A stretch of 38,801 nucleotides of DNA, taken from an uncultured archaeon. Its GTDB lineage: Archaea; Thermoproteota; Bathyarchaeia; Bathyarchaeales; Bathycorpusculaceae. Made by a program: the position numbers and the translations under genes. This document shows, piece after piece, positions 20,517 through 29,026 of the stretch. The notes under the pieces were generated by a model that saw nothing but the letters and a program-made list of their open reading frames with translations, was not told the DNA's origin and did not search any database. The stretch is from positions 1-38,801 of the forward strand of contig CAWENF010000011.1 of assembly GCA_963810275.1 (NCBI GenBank). The letters run 5' to 3'. Each line of letters opens with the position of its first letter. Position 1 is the first letter of the stretch.

Positions 20517-21464
20517 TTAGGGTCGGTAGCCCTTTAGCGTGCAAAGCGCTATAGCTGCTGCTGTTAAGTCAGCGGTTGTGCCTGGGTTAGTCGTGTTTCC
20601 TTTTCTACGCAGCTTTAAATCAAGGTGTTTAAGCGCAGCCTTGCCAGCAACGGTTTCGGGTCCGCCTAGTTCAACCACTTTTTTTGCTTCAGTTTGGATT
20701 TTTTGAGCTTTTGCTTTGCCGATTTTGCGTGCTATAAATGTGTCTGGGCGCTCCGAAAGGATTTTGAGGAAAACGTTTGTAGCTGCAACGTCGAAGGGTT
20801 TTGAGTTCAACGCCTTCGTCAGATATGGACATGTTGAGTCGAAGGTTATAGGGAAATTGTTTACCCACTCAAAGCATATGTCGTCGTAGGTTGAGGCTAT
20901 TTCAAAAACCTTAAACAACGTTATGTTCTTTTTGAGGAGCTTGTGTTTTGAGCGGGGGTCGTTTAAGTCAAGTTCAGGCGATTTACCTAATCCACTGGGG
21001 ACAGCGATGTCTATTGCTTCGTATAGGTGCACCGCATCCAATGCTGTCGTCGCATGCACGACAGAGTTTAGGTTTCTGCGAAGCGCACCCATATCCATTG
21101 TGCCGTCGCTTCTTATGTGTGTCATGCCTGCTGCAGCCGCCAAAGGCACAAACAGCATCACTGTACCCAAAATCGTGTTGCCGCCATGCTGCCATGCCAT
21201 CACATCCGACATGGTGGACTTGATTAACTCACCGACGCCCAACTGTTCCAACTCAAGCTTACAATCAGATGCCGCCGAACCGCGATACGCTGCAGCTTCA
21301 AAGCTGGGACCCGCCGCAATTGCTGAAGCTAGAAAATGCGTGACATTTGTAACCTCAAAACTACTGCGAAAGCTCACGTTGCCAGGTTTAGACACACTCA
21401 CTTCTAAGGCAATTGCGAGTTGGAGGCATCTGCTGATGTGTTGGGCTTTCTGCTGAGCGCTCAT
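20517..21464 (-). CDS. citG: CitG/MdcB-family triphosphoribosyl-dephospho-CoA synthase homologue
   Basis: LEVSVSKPGNV, GGNTILG, PDTFIARK, NPGTTADLTAA; start trimmed to MSAQQK. Confidence 0.88.
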   Translation of the reverse strand: MSAQQKAQHISRCLQLAIALEVSVSKPGNVSFRSSFEVTNVTHFLASAIAAGPSFEAAAYRGSAASDCKLELEQLGVGELIKSTMSDVMAWQHGGNTILGTVMLFVPLAAAAGMTHIRSDGTMDMGALRRNLNSVVHATTALDAVHLYEAIDIAVPSGLGKSPELDLNDPRSKHKLLKKNITLFKVFEIASTYDDICFEWVNNFPITFDSTCPYLTKALNSKPFDVAATNVFLKILSERPDTFIARKIGKAKAQKIQTEAKKVVELGGPETVAGKAALKHLDLKLRRKGNTTNPGTTADLTAAAIALCTLKGYRP

Positions 21465-21490
21465 ACAGGTAACACAAGGGATAGTGCGCC

Positions 21491-21510
21491 AAAAAAGGTT
21501 TATTAAAGTA
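21491..21510. promoter_or_regulatory. Putative bidirectional TATA between citG and nucleotidyltransferase A
   Basis: AAAAAAGG-TTTATTAAA centred in a 79-bp divergent gap; reads TTTAATAAA on the minus strand. Confidence 0.5.
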
Positions 21511-21543
21511 TCCAAAACTTAGCCTCAACCGAGACGAACAGGC

Positions 21544-22560
21544 ATGAAGGCACGTGAAGGAGACTTAATCCGCACACAAGCAAACGTTGTTTTCGACGTG
21601 AAAGGCGTCACGCATCCAGAAGGCAAAATCATCGCTTTCCCACGCTTTATACCCCAAGCAGACGGTGCAAGGAAAAGCGGAAGGGGCAACTATGGCAAAG
21701 TCTATAGCCTAACAGACCGTTTTCGTTATTTGCAGCAAAATCATCCTGATCTTATCGTTTTTGACCCAGTGTATGACGAAACGCTTTGCGAGGTGCCAGT
21801 AGAGCAAATCGCAGAAGTCTATCGCCCACAAGACAAGCTGGCGCAATTACGTGAAGCCAAAACGTTGACGCCGCTGGAGCAGAAAGCGCTTAGCCTAGCC
21901 GTTGAGCTCAAGGAGCAATCGGGCATTCCGTGGAATGCTGTTGGCGTTTCAGGCTCCATCATGGCGGGTTTAACCACATCCACCTCAGATATCGACCCCC
22001 TCGTGTATGGCGTTGAGAACAGCCAAAAAGCCTACCGTGCCCTTCAGGAACTACGACAAAAACCGAGTTCAGGCTACAAACCATACACCAAAGCAGAGCT
22101 TAAGGCCCTGTACGATTTCCGAGTAAAAGACACCCGCATGAGCTTTGACGACTTTAAGCAGGTGGAGTCTAGGAAGGCCTTTCAGGGCATGTATTTAGGG
22201 GTGGATTACTTTATTCGGTTCCTAAAGGATTGGAACGAAACCGCTGAGCAGTATGGCGAGGTAATCTACCATAATAGTGGGTACCTAAAAATTCAAGCTA
22301 CTGTCAAAGACGCCGCTGATGCGCTTTTTACACCCTGCACCTACCAGTTGGAGGACATCAGAGTGCTGGATGGACCAGACTTAACGCCGATAACTGAGAT
22401 TTCATCTTTCCGCGGCAGATTCTGCATGCAAGCAAAAGCAGGCGAACAAATCCAAGCGCAGGGTAAAGCCGAATTAGTAACAAACAAAAAAACAGGCAGC
22501 AAACACATCCGCCTCATATTGGGCAATAAACCTGATGACTACATGATTCTACAGTGTTAA
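21544..22560 (+). CDS. Uncharacterised Pol-beta-superfamily nucleotidyltransferase, paralogue A (COG1665-like)
   Basis: GVSGSIMAG...SDIDPLVYG; N-terminal REGD..KGVTHP; C-terminal SFRGRF..A..GE.I...G..E. Confidence 0.82.
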   Translation: MKAREGDLIRTQANVVFDVKGVTHPEGKIIAFPRFIPQADGARKSGRGNYGKVYSLTDRFRYLQQNHPDLIVFDPVYDETLCEVPVEQIAEVYRPQDKLAQLREAKTLTPLEQKALSLAVELKEQSGIPWNAVGVSGSIMAGLTTSTSDIDPLVYGVENSQKAYRALQELRQKPSSGYKPYTKAELKALYDFRVKDTRMSFDDFKQVESRKAFQGMYLGVDYFIRFLKDWNETAEQYGEVIYHNSGYLKIQATVKDAADALFTPCTYQLEDIRVLDGPDLTPITEISSFRGRFCMQAKAGEQIQAQGKAELVTNKKTGSKHIRLILGNKPDDYMILQC

Positions 22561-23630
22561 TGCAGCGCTTTTAGAACTTGTTCGTAATACCGTTTACAGT
22601 AAGTCAACGTCACCTGCAAATAGCTGCCGGAGGGTGCTTGGACTTCCTCAAGGTTACCCTCTACAAGCACCGTTTCGTCGCGCTGAACTTGTTGCCGGAA
22701 CTCTTCCATGTAGCTGAAAACCCGCACTGCTTCGACGGCTTCTTTTGGTCCTGATAGGACTTCTAAGGGTTCGATGCCGTATATTGAGGGTATGAACGGT
22801 CCGTCGTCGTCTGCGGTTATTCTGGCTTTTAGCTTAACCCAGCCCTTCTGGATTATGCGAGCTTCGGGGTTGTATTCGTTTCTGATATCATCCCAAGCTT
22901 TTACGGGCTCGAATTCAGCTTTAATGATTCTGCCGCTGTGCTTTCGGTCGTCGTAAAGCCCATAGATGTATTTGCGGCGTTGGTGCCAAACAAAGTCGGG
23001 TACGGTGAAGTTTTGGTATAGCCATGTTTTGCCCTTCATTGCATCTTCCGAGGCGAACTCGTTGGTTAAACCCGATGTGGGGTCGCTGTAGAGTTGCTGG
23101 TTGGCTTTGACGATACGACGGTTTTCGGCTTTGCCGTAAATTGTGAAATCGATGTCGCTGTATTTTGGGTGATGGAAGCCGTGTAGCATGGAACCGAAAA
23201 CGCCAAAGCTTGATTTGGATACGCCGGATTTGGCGGAGACAATTTCGAGAGTGCTCTCCATTGCTGATAGCAGTGGGTCTGTTGGTCCCTGCTTAAGTAG
23301 CTCTTGGAGTCTGGGCTGAGGTTGGCGGGTTTCTACTATTAGGTTTTTTGGGACGCCTACTAGTTTTGATCCAAGCATCTTGTGCTCAACTATGTATTGA
23401 GGATATTGTTCGGCGACGAGTTTCATGCCCTCGTCGTTGTAAAATTTGTAGTAGAGTTCACTTCTGCCTTCCCGTGGAGCGCGTGGGTCATTTGAGTTGA
23501 AAACTTTACTGCTCGCGTATTCCGCATCGCACAGGTAAGCACTTGGCGGGTGGCTGTAGCCGAAAACCCGGAAAAGTATGCCTTCCACAGATTGGATGGC
23601 ATCTCTGTCTCTGAGATTTAGGTTGGCCAT
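22557..23630 (-). CDS. Uncharacterised Pol-beta-superfamily nucleotidyltransferase, paralogue B
   Basis: GVFGSMLHG...SDIDFTIYG; RDRD..FGYSHP; start trimmed to [10 protein letters not shown] (ATG at 23630), overlapping the stop of paralogue C. Confidence 0.82.
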   Translation of the reverse strand: MANLNLRDRDAIQSVEGILFRVFGYSHPPSAYLCDAEYASSKVFNSNDPRAPREGRSELYYKFYNDEGMKLVAEQYPQYIVEHKMLGSKLVGVPKNLIVETRQPQPRLQELLKQGPTDPLLSAMESTLEIVSAKSGVSKSSFGVFGSMLHGFHHPKYSDIDFTIYGKAENRRIVKANQQLYSDPTSGLTNEFASEDAMKGKTWLYQNFTVPDFVWHQRRKYIYGLYDDRKHSGRIIKAEFEPVKAWDDIRNEYNPEARIIQKGWVKLKARITADDDGPFIPSIYGIEPLEVLSGPKEAVEAVRVFSYMEEFRQQVQRDETVLVEGNLEEVQAPSGSYLQVTLTYCKRYYEQVLKALH

Positions 23631-24715
23631 ATATATTCCTCTTCCGAGGTGGCAGTTCCCACAACAACTTGGTAAAACGTGTTCCCATCCTTGGTTGAGG
23701 TGGCTTTTTCTAGGGTGCCTGCAACTTTGATGGTTTGTCCTGCGCGTGCAACGTTTCTGTAGCAACCAATGTTAGAAGTGACCACTGTTGGTATTTGTTC
23801 TAAGTCGAGTTCGGATTGGGGGTCAAGGGGTTTGTAGTTTCCGATTGTGTAGATTGCTGGGCGATACATGGTTTGAGTGTCGTTGCAGACTGTGGCGGTA
23901 AAGCGGACAGCGGCTAGCGGAATGTAGGTGTAGTCGCCGTACTCTCCGCTGATTTCCTCTGCTTTTCTGGTGGCATTGTACATCCAGATTTTGCCTTTGT
24001 ATTTGCCTACAAAGTGGCGGGCGGCTTCTATGCGGTTACCCGAGATGTAGGTTAGTTTGCCTTGGTTGACGAGTCGCTGGAGTGTTTCCTCTACGCAGCG
24101 GAAGTTTCTAGCTCCGTAAACAACGAAATCGATGTCACTTTCTTGTGAGTGCATCTCAAGCGCAGTGGAACCGTGGAGTCCCAAGTCGGTGTAAGGTACG
24201 CCTGATTCGTTGTGGACTAAATCAATGATTTCCAGGGCCATCTCCTGGAATGGGTCTGGTTTTTCTAGGTTTTGTAGCCAGACGAGGCGGTCTTTGGGAA
24301 CAAAAACCTGCTGGATTTTGTTTAGTGGCGTGGTGATGAGTTCTTTGCCTCTGGTTTTGTCGTAGAAGAGGTAGTCAGGGAAGTTTTTTCGAAATGCCTC
24401 AATAAAGGTTTGATAGTTTTTAGCTGTGTAGAGTTTTTCGGCGCGGAACAGTTGTGATGTGAGGGGGGCTGTGCCGAATTTCCATGTGCGTGTAAGCATT
24501 TGTACGTCGAAGAGCTCGCGGTATTTGGCGGGTATGTATTTGAGGAATGCAAACACTCGGTCTTCGGGATGTTCGTAGCCGAATGTGTTCATAATGAAGC
24601 CGTCGGATGTGACAAATGTGTCGCCGTCAGCTGGTATCCAAACAGAATATTCGTCTGCCGTAAACTTTGCACCGCCACAAATAGATTTAGAGAACACTAA
24701 AAAACATATTGCCAA
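23618..24715 (-). CDS. Uncharacterised Pol-beta-superfamily nucleotidyltransferase, paralogue C
   Basis: GLHGSTALE...SDIDFVVYG; ADGD..FGYEHP; start codon uncertain. Confidence 0.82.
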   Translation of the reverse strand: MAICFLVFSKSICGGAKFTADEYSVWIPADGDTFVTSDGFIMNTFGYEHPEDRVFAFLKYIPAKYRELFDVQMLTRTWKFGTAPLTSQLFRAEKLYTAKNYQTFIEAFRKNFPDYLFYDKTRGKELITTPLNKIQQVFVPKDRLVWLQNLEKPDPFQEMALEIIDLVHNESGVPYTDLGLHGSTALEMHSQESDIDFVVYGARNFRCVEETLQRLVNQGKLTYISGNRIEAARHFVGKYKGKIWMYNATRKAEEISGEYGDYTYIPLAAVRFTATVCNDTQTMYRPAIYTIGNYKPLDPQSELDLEQIPTVVTSNIGCYRNVARAGQTIKVAGTLEKATSTKDGNTFYQVVVGTATSEEEYIWPT

Positions 24716-24976
24716 CAGTAAAGATTTATCTGGATTTTATTTTTCTTTAAATATTTAAATAAGATTTTTAAGAAAAGACAATTTCGCCAAAGGAAAAAAG
24801 CCCCAAATTCATTCTCTTAAGCGAATATTAAGGCAAAAAAGCCTTTTCCACGCTATACCCTAATATAGTTCAACGACCTAGTTTGTGCATGTTGGAATTC
24901 TTTAGAGGAAGAAGCAACAAGAAACAGGCTTCCTTTTCTCCAAGTTATTCTAAGATGGCTATAGAGGCTTCAAAAT

Positions 24977-25279
24977 TTGGGCAAACGGAAAATAACAAAC
25001 GAAAACAAATCAGACATGATTTTACCAACTTCAAATGATGTCTTAGGGATAGCGGTAAAAATGTTGGGAGCTGATAGAATCATGGTAAAATGCCAAGATG
25101 GCAAGGAACGGCTCTGTAGAGTCAGAGGCAAACTCAAAAGGCGCGTTTGGATACGCGACGGCGACATCGTTCTAGTTTCCCCATGGGATTTCCAAAGTGA
25201 CAGCCGAGGTGACATATTCTGGCGTTACAGAAAAAACCAGTGTGACTGGCTTAGAACCCACAATTACCTCACAACATAG
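24977..25279 (+). CDS. eif1a: Translation initiation factor aIF-1A
   Basis: MLGADRIMVKCQDGKERLCRVRGKLKRRVWIRDGD.VLVSPWDFQ...GDIFWRY. Confidence 0.96.
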   Translation: MGKRKITNENKSDMILPTSNDVLGIAVKMLGADRIMVKCQDGKERLCRVRGKLKRRVWIRDGDIVLVSPWDFQSDSRGDIFWRYRKNQCDWLRTHNYLTT

Positions 25280-25293
25280 GAGGAAAAGAACAG

Positions 25294-25464
25294 ATTATAA
25301 TAAAATGTATTGAGTGCAAAAACACGTTCACAATGGAAAACCCAAAAAACGGAGAATCAGTGTGCTGCCCAATCTGTGAAGCCCAATACAAAGCGGTGAT
25401 TTCGGAAGGCAAACTGCGTTTAGAAGAATCGTTATGGGGTGAAAATGACCCTGGGGAGCTCTAA
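25294..25464 (+). CDS. LysW-like zinc-ribbon small protein, about 56 aa, absent from the ORF track; probable ATT/ATA start
   Basis: IIIKCIECKNTFTMENPKNGESVCCPICEAQYKAVISEGKLRLEESLWGENDPGEL*; GGAGG at 25279-25283; in-frame TAG at 25252 with no ATG/GTG/TTG before the first Cys. Confidence 0.72.
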   Translation: MIIKCIECKNTFTMENPKNGESVCCPICEAQYKAVISEGKLRLEESLWGENDPGEL

Positions 25465-25489
25465 AGGGTACAGTAGGTAAGACGGAAAA

Positions 25490-26017
25490 ATGAGTGAAAA
25501 CAGAATAAATTTTGTAATAGCTGTCCGTGGCTACAAAAACGTAAAAAAACAGAAAAACGAAAAATTCACAGATATAACCGCAATAGACTGTCTAAACAAC
25601 AATGTCTTGCTGAGGGTTATAGAGCCCTTAGGGAATGAACTAATTGGCATCAACGAAGTCAAAGCCTTTTCTGAATTCATGAAACAAGAAAACTGCGATT
25701 CAGCGGTTCTGTTTAGTAAAGACTTCACACAAGACGCAATAAAAGAAATGAGAAAAAGCAAAATTGACTACGTTTCTGAAAACTACATGCCACCATTTGA
25801 AATTAAACAATTATATTCAGCAATCATAGCTTATGCCAGCAATCAATGTCAAAAAAAATGCGACAAAACCTTACAAGAAATTCCTAACTGTGAAGAAAAA
25901 AAGGGCGACTACTGCCAAATAAAAAAATTGGCAATAAACGTTAAAAAGCATTTTGAAGATGGTTCAGTTGGATTGCTGAAAAACGATTTAAAAATTGTTT
26001 TAGCACTAAACCGCTAA
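25490..26017 (+). CDS. Hypothetical protein: Mrr/restriction-endonuclease-like (Rpb5-N-like) fold plus Cys-containing C-terminus
   Basis: RGY...DITA...IGINEVKAF...AVLFSKDFTQDA pattern; C-terminal CQKKC..C..C. Confidence 0.6.
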   Translation: MSENRINFVIAVRGYKNVKKQKNEKFTDITAIDCLNNNVLLRVIEPLGNELIGINEVKAFSEFMKQENCDSAVLFSKDFTQDAIKEMRKSKIDYVSENYMPPFEIKQLYSAIIAYASNQCQKKCDKTLQEIPNCEEKKGDYCQIKKLAINVKKHFEDGSVGLLKNDLKIVLALNR

Positions 26018-26054
26018 AGCGCTTTCAAAATAACACAAAGATGGAAAGAAAAGA

Positions 26055-26849
26055 ATGTCTGAACAAAACATAGAAGAATGGCCTGAAACCGGCGACTTAG
26101 TCATCGCAACAATAAAAAGTGTGATGGATTACGGAGCATACGCTAACCTTGACGAATACAACAAAAAGGGTTTTCTGCACATCTCGGAGATTTCAAGCTC
26201 ACGCATACGAAATATTCGCGTTTTTGTCCGTGAAAACCAAAAAATGGTTCTTAAAGTTCTTCGAGTAAACGTAGAAAAAGGCCACATTGACTTATCCCTA
26301 AGGCGGGTTACAAAAAGAGAAAGAATTGAAAAAATCAAATCTTGGAAACAAGACCGCAAAGGAGACACTTTACTCTACGTAGTTGGTGAACGTGCAGGTT
26401 TATCAAAAGAAGAAATCTATCAGAAATTAGGAGCTATTTTGGAGGAACAAACCGGCGGCCTATATGAGGGCTTTGAAAAAGCCTTAAAAGACGGCCCAGA
26501 AAGTCTTGTAAAACTCGGAATACCTGAAGATTTAGCAACGCTAACGGCGCAAGTTGCAGATGAACGGATAAAAGTTAAAATGGTTCAATTAACGGGTGTC
26601 CTTGAAGTGCGCTGCATGAAACCCAACGGAGTCAAATGCATACAAGATGCATTCCGCAACGCAAAAAAAGCAAGCGGTTCAAGAAGCGCTAAAGTCGAGT
26701 TCAGTGTAATCGCAGCGCCAAAATACCGTGTTGAAGTTTCAGCGGATAACTGGAAAACTGCGGAAGCCGTTCTCAAGAAAGTAACGCAAAATGTTGTTGA
26801 TAACATCACAAGCTCAGGTGGACATGGCGAGTTTAGAGCGACGAAATAA
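26055..26849 (+). CDS. eif2a: Translation initiation factor aIF-2 alpha subunit
   Basis: WPETGDLVIAT, YGAYANLDEY, LHISEIS, KGHIDLSLRRV, AAPKYRVEV. Confidence 0.96.
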   Translation: MSEQNIEEWPETGDLVIATIKSVMDYGAYANLDEYNKKGFLHISEISSSRIRNIRVFVRENQKMVLKVLRVNVEKGHIDLSLRRVTKRERIEKIKSWKQDRKGDTLLYVVGERAGLSKEEIYQKLGAILEEQTGGLYEGFEKALKDGPESLVKLGIPEDLATLTAQVADERIKVKMVQLTGVLEVRCMKPNGVKCIQDAFRNAKKASGSRSAKVEFSVIAAPKYRVEVSADNWKTAEAVLKKVTQNVVDNITSSGGHGEFRATK

Positions 26850-26963
26850 CGGGCGGTTTTGAAAGAAGGTTATGAAAACGTTTAAGTCATATGGAAATGC
26901 TATTGCTAAAGTTAATTCGTTCGCTATTTTTCGTAGCTTAAAATTAACAGGAATGACAAGTCG

Positions 26964-27185
26964 ATGCCTCAAGGAACTGTAACCGAAGTAACATGTTCAG
27001 ACTGCGGGAAAACCACAAAGGTTCCCTTCAAACCTACAGCGGGTAAACCCGTTTATTGCCGAGAATGTTTAAATAAACACAGAACACCTCGAAATGATGA
27101 AACAAGAAATCGGGAACCAACAAAATCGCAGGCTTCAGAAAACGAGAAGCATGCATGGTCAAGGCACAGCGGAAACTGGAAGTAA
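26964..27185 (+). CDS. CxxC-x17-CxxC domain protein
   Basis: CSDCGKTTKVPFKPTAGKPVYCREC. Confidence 0.9.
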   Translation: MPQGTVTEVTCSDCGKTTKVPFKPTAGKPVYCRECLNKHRTPRNDETRNREPTKSQASENEKHAWSRHSGNWK

Positions 27186-27307
27186 TTCGGGCTTCTTTTT
27201 GCCCCTTTTCATGGGCTAACCTTTCTGCATATCGAACAGATATTTTTTGGCGGTACCTTTAATATTGGAAAGTTCAATCCCTCTGATGCAAGTAAAGGTG
27301 CAGTTTC

Positions 27308-28270
27308 ATGGTTAGTGCATTAAGCGTAAACCAACTATCATGGGAAATAGCCCAGAAATTCCTTGAAAAACCAGAATTTTATGGCGTATTAGTCTCCAAA
27401 TCCACTGCGGGAGCCACAATCATCGATGCGGGTGTTAAAGCGCATGGTGGTTTCGAAGCAGGCAAAATCTTAACCGAGCTCTGCTTAGGGGGCGCAGGCA
27501 AATGCAATTTAGGATACAAAGCCTACGGAGACATTAACTTTCCATCAGTCACAATTACCTCCGACCACCCTGCAATCGCAATGCTGGGAAGCCAGTTCGC
27601 TGGTTGGCGCATAAAAGACGGCGACAACATCGCTATCGGCAGTGGCCCAGTTCGAGCAATAGCGCATAAACCCAAAGAGACGTACGAGGAAATTGGCTAC
27701 ACAGACAAATGCGATAAAGCAGTTATCTGCCTAGAAAGTAACGTGCTCCCATCTGACGTTCTGTTTGAAAAAGTTATCAAAAACACCAACTTGCCAGCAG
27801 AAAATATCATCGCCGTCGTCGCCCCAACCGCCTCTGTTGCGGGCTTAACACAGGTTGCAGGCCGTGTAGTCGAAGTAGGCATTCACAAACTCCACACCTT
27901 GGGCTTAGAGCCAAAATGCATCCGCTATGCCATGGGCTACGCACCAATCCCTCCAGTGGGACCAGATTTTGAAGTTGCCATGGCAAGAACTAACGACGTT
28001 ATCCTCTACGGCGGCACGGTCTACCTAACAGTGTACTACGAGGATGAAGCAAAACTGCAAAAACTCGTCAACGACGCTCCCTCAATCAACTCCAAAGATT
28101 ACGGTAAACCGTTTTTGCAAATCTTCCTTAACGCAGAAAAAGATTTCTATAAAATCGACACTGGCTTATTCGCGCCTGCTGTGCTCATGATTAACAACGC
28201 CAAAACGGGTAAAACATTCAAGGCGGGAAAAATAAATCCAGAAATTTTAGCCCAAGCCTTGGGCTTCTAA
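27308..28270 (+). CDS. mch: Methenyltetrahydromethanopterin cyclohydrolase
   Basis: IIDAGV..GGFEAG, LGSQFAGW, GSGPVRA, APTASVAG..QVAGRVVE, AMARTND.ILYGG, DFYKIDTGLFAPA. Confidence 0.95.
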   Translation: MVSALSVNQLSWEIAQKFLEKPEFYGVLVSKSTAGATIIDAGVKAHGGFEAGKILTELCLGGAGKCNLGYKAYGDINFPSVTITSDHPAIAMLGSQFAGWRIKDGDNIAIGSGPVRAIAHKPKETYEEIGYTDKCDKAVICLESNVLPSDVLFEKVIKNTNLPAENIIAVVAPTASVAGLTQVAGRVVEVGIHKLHTLGLEPKCIRYAMGYAPIPPVGPDFEVAMARTNDVILYGGTVYLTVYYEDEAKLQKLVNDAPSINSKDYGKPFLQIFLNAEKDFYKIDTGLFAPAVLMINNAKTGKTFKAGKINPEILAQALGF

Positions 28271-28894
28271 AATTCTTTTTTTATTTTTGTATTTTTACTC
28301 TTGATTCTATAGCCAGTGTTATACCAAGAGCAATTGCGGTATTGAATGTAAGCTACGATGATGGCGTTGAAGATTGCGATTACGGGAATAATTGCTATTG
28401 TTGCGGGTTCAGTGAATTCAAAGCCGAACGGATTAGGGCTGTTGCAACAGCGAAATAATTCACGATTGACATGGCCTAATACACGCAAGGTTATACCAAG
28501 TGGCGGTTGCAGAGTATGACTATGACTTTTATATTTTTTTTAAGGTAGACGCCAATATTTTCTGATTTACAGCGTCGTCGGGCTAACAGGTAGGGTAAGT
28601 AGAGACCGACAACTGCTGCCAACACTGCCACAAAGGGGTAAAGATTGGACCTGATGGGAGTGGACCTGGGAAGACGGCAAATAAAATTAAGGTGTTTATT
28701 GCTGCAGACTGCTAAGACCTGTTCTGGGTCCGATTAGTAGAAAGGCTATAACTATGGGGATTTCCCAGAACTGAAAGTAGAGAAAAGGTGCAAGGGGGAA
28801 GGGAATTTTAGGATCCATAGATGTTTAGTGCAATAGCTAGGGCTGCGAAGATTATGATTAGGGCAAGGGTTTTTGTGTTGTGTTTGTTGCTCAA
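28267..28894 (-). pseudogene. Degraded ECF transporter S-component (RibU/PanT-like)
   Basis: Pieces in shifting frames: MSNKHNTKTLALIIIFAALAIALNIYG / PKIPFPLAPFLYFQFWEIPIVIAFLLIGPRTG / AAINTLILFAVFPGPLPSGP / PNPFGFEFTEPATIAIIPVIAIFNAIIVAY; many indels. Confidence 0.72.
28273..28297 (+). terminator. Oligo-T archaeal terminator after mch
   Basis: TTCTTTTTTTATTTTTGTATTTTTA immediately after the stop codon. Confidence 0.5.
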
Positions 28895-29026
28895 ATCAGA
28901 TGCCCTTTAGGTGTCAACACTTGCTACCTATTTAAGAGTAGCTACCCACAACTAAGTAGCAATTTTGAGTAGAAATAGCTAAAATTGATAAGTTACCAAA
29001 TCAAACAGTAAGCAGGGTGAAGCATT

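Noticed and set aside
21544-24715. Reading the nucleotidyltransferases as CBASS/cGAS-like cyclases or MNT antitoxins
   Set aside because: No effector, Cap or HEPN genes adjacent; too long for MNT; housekeeping-like context and composition
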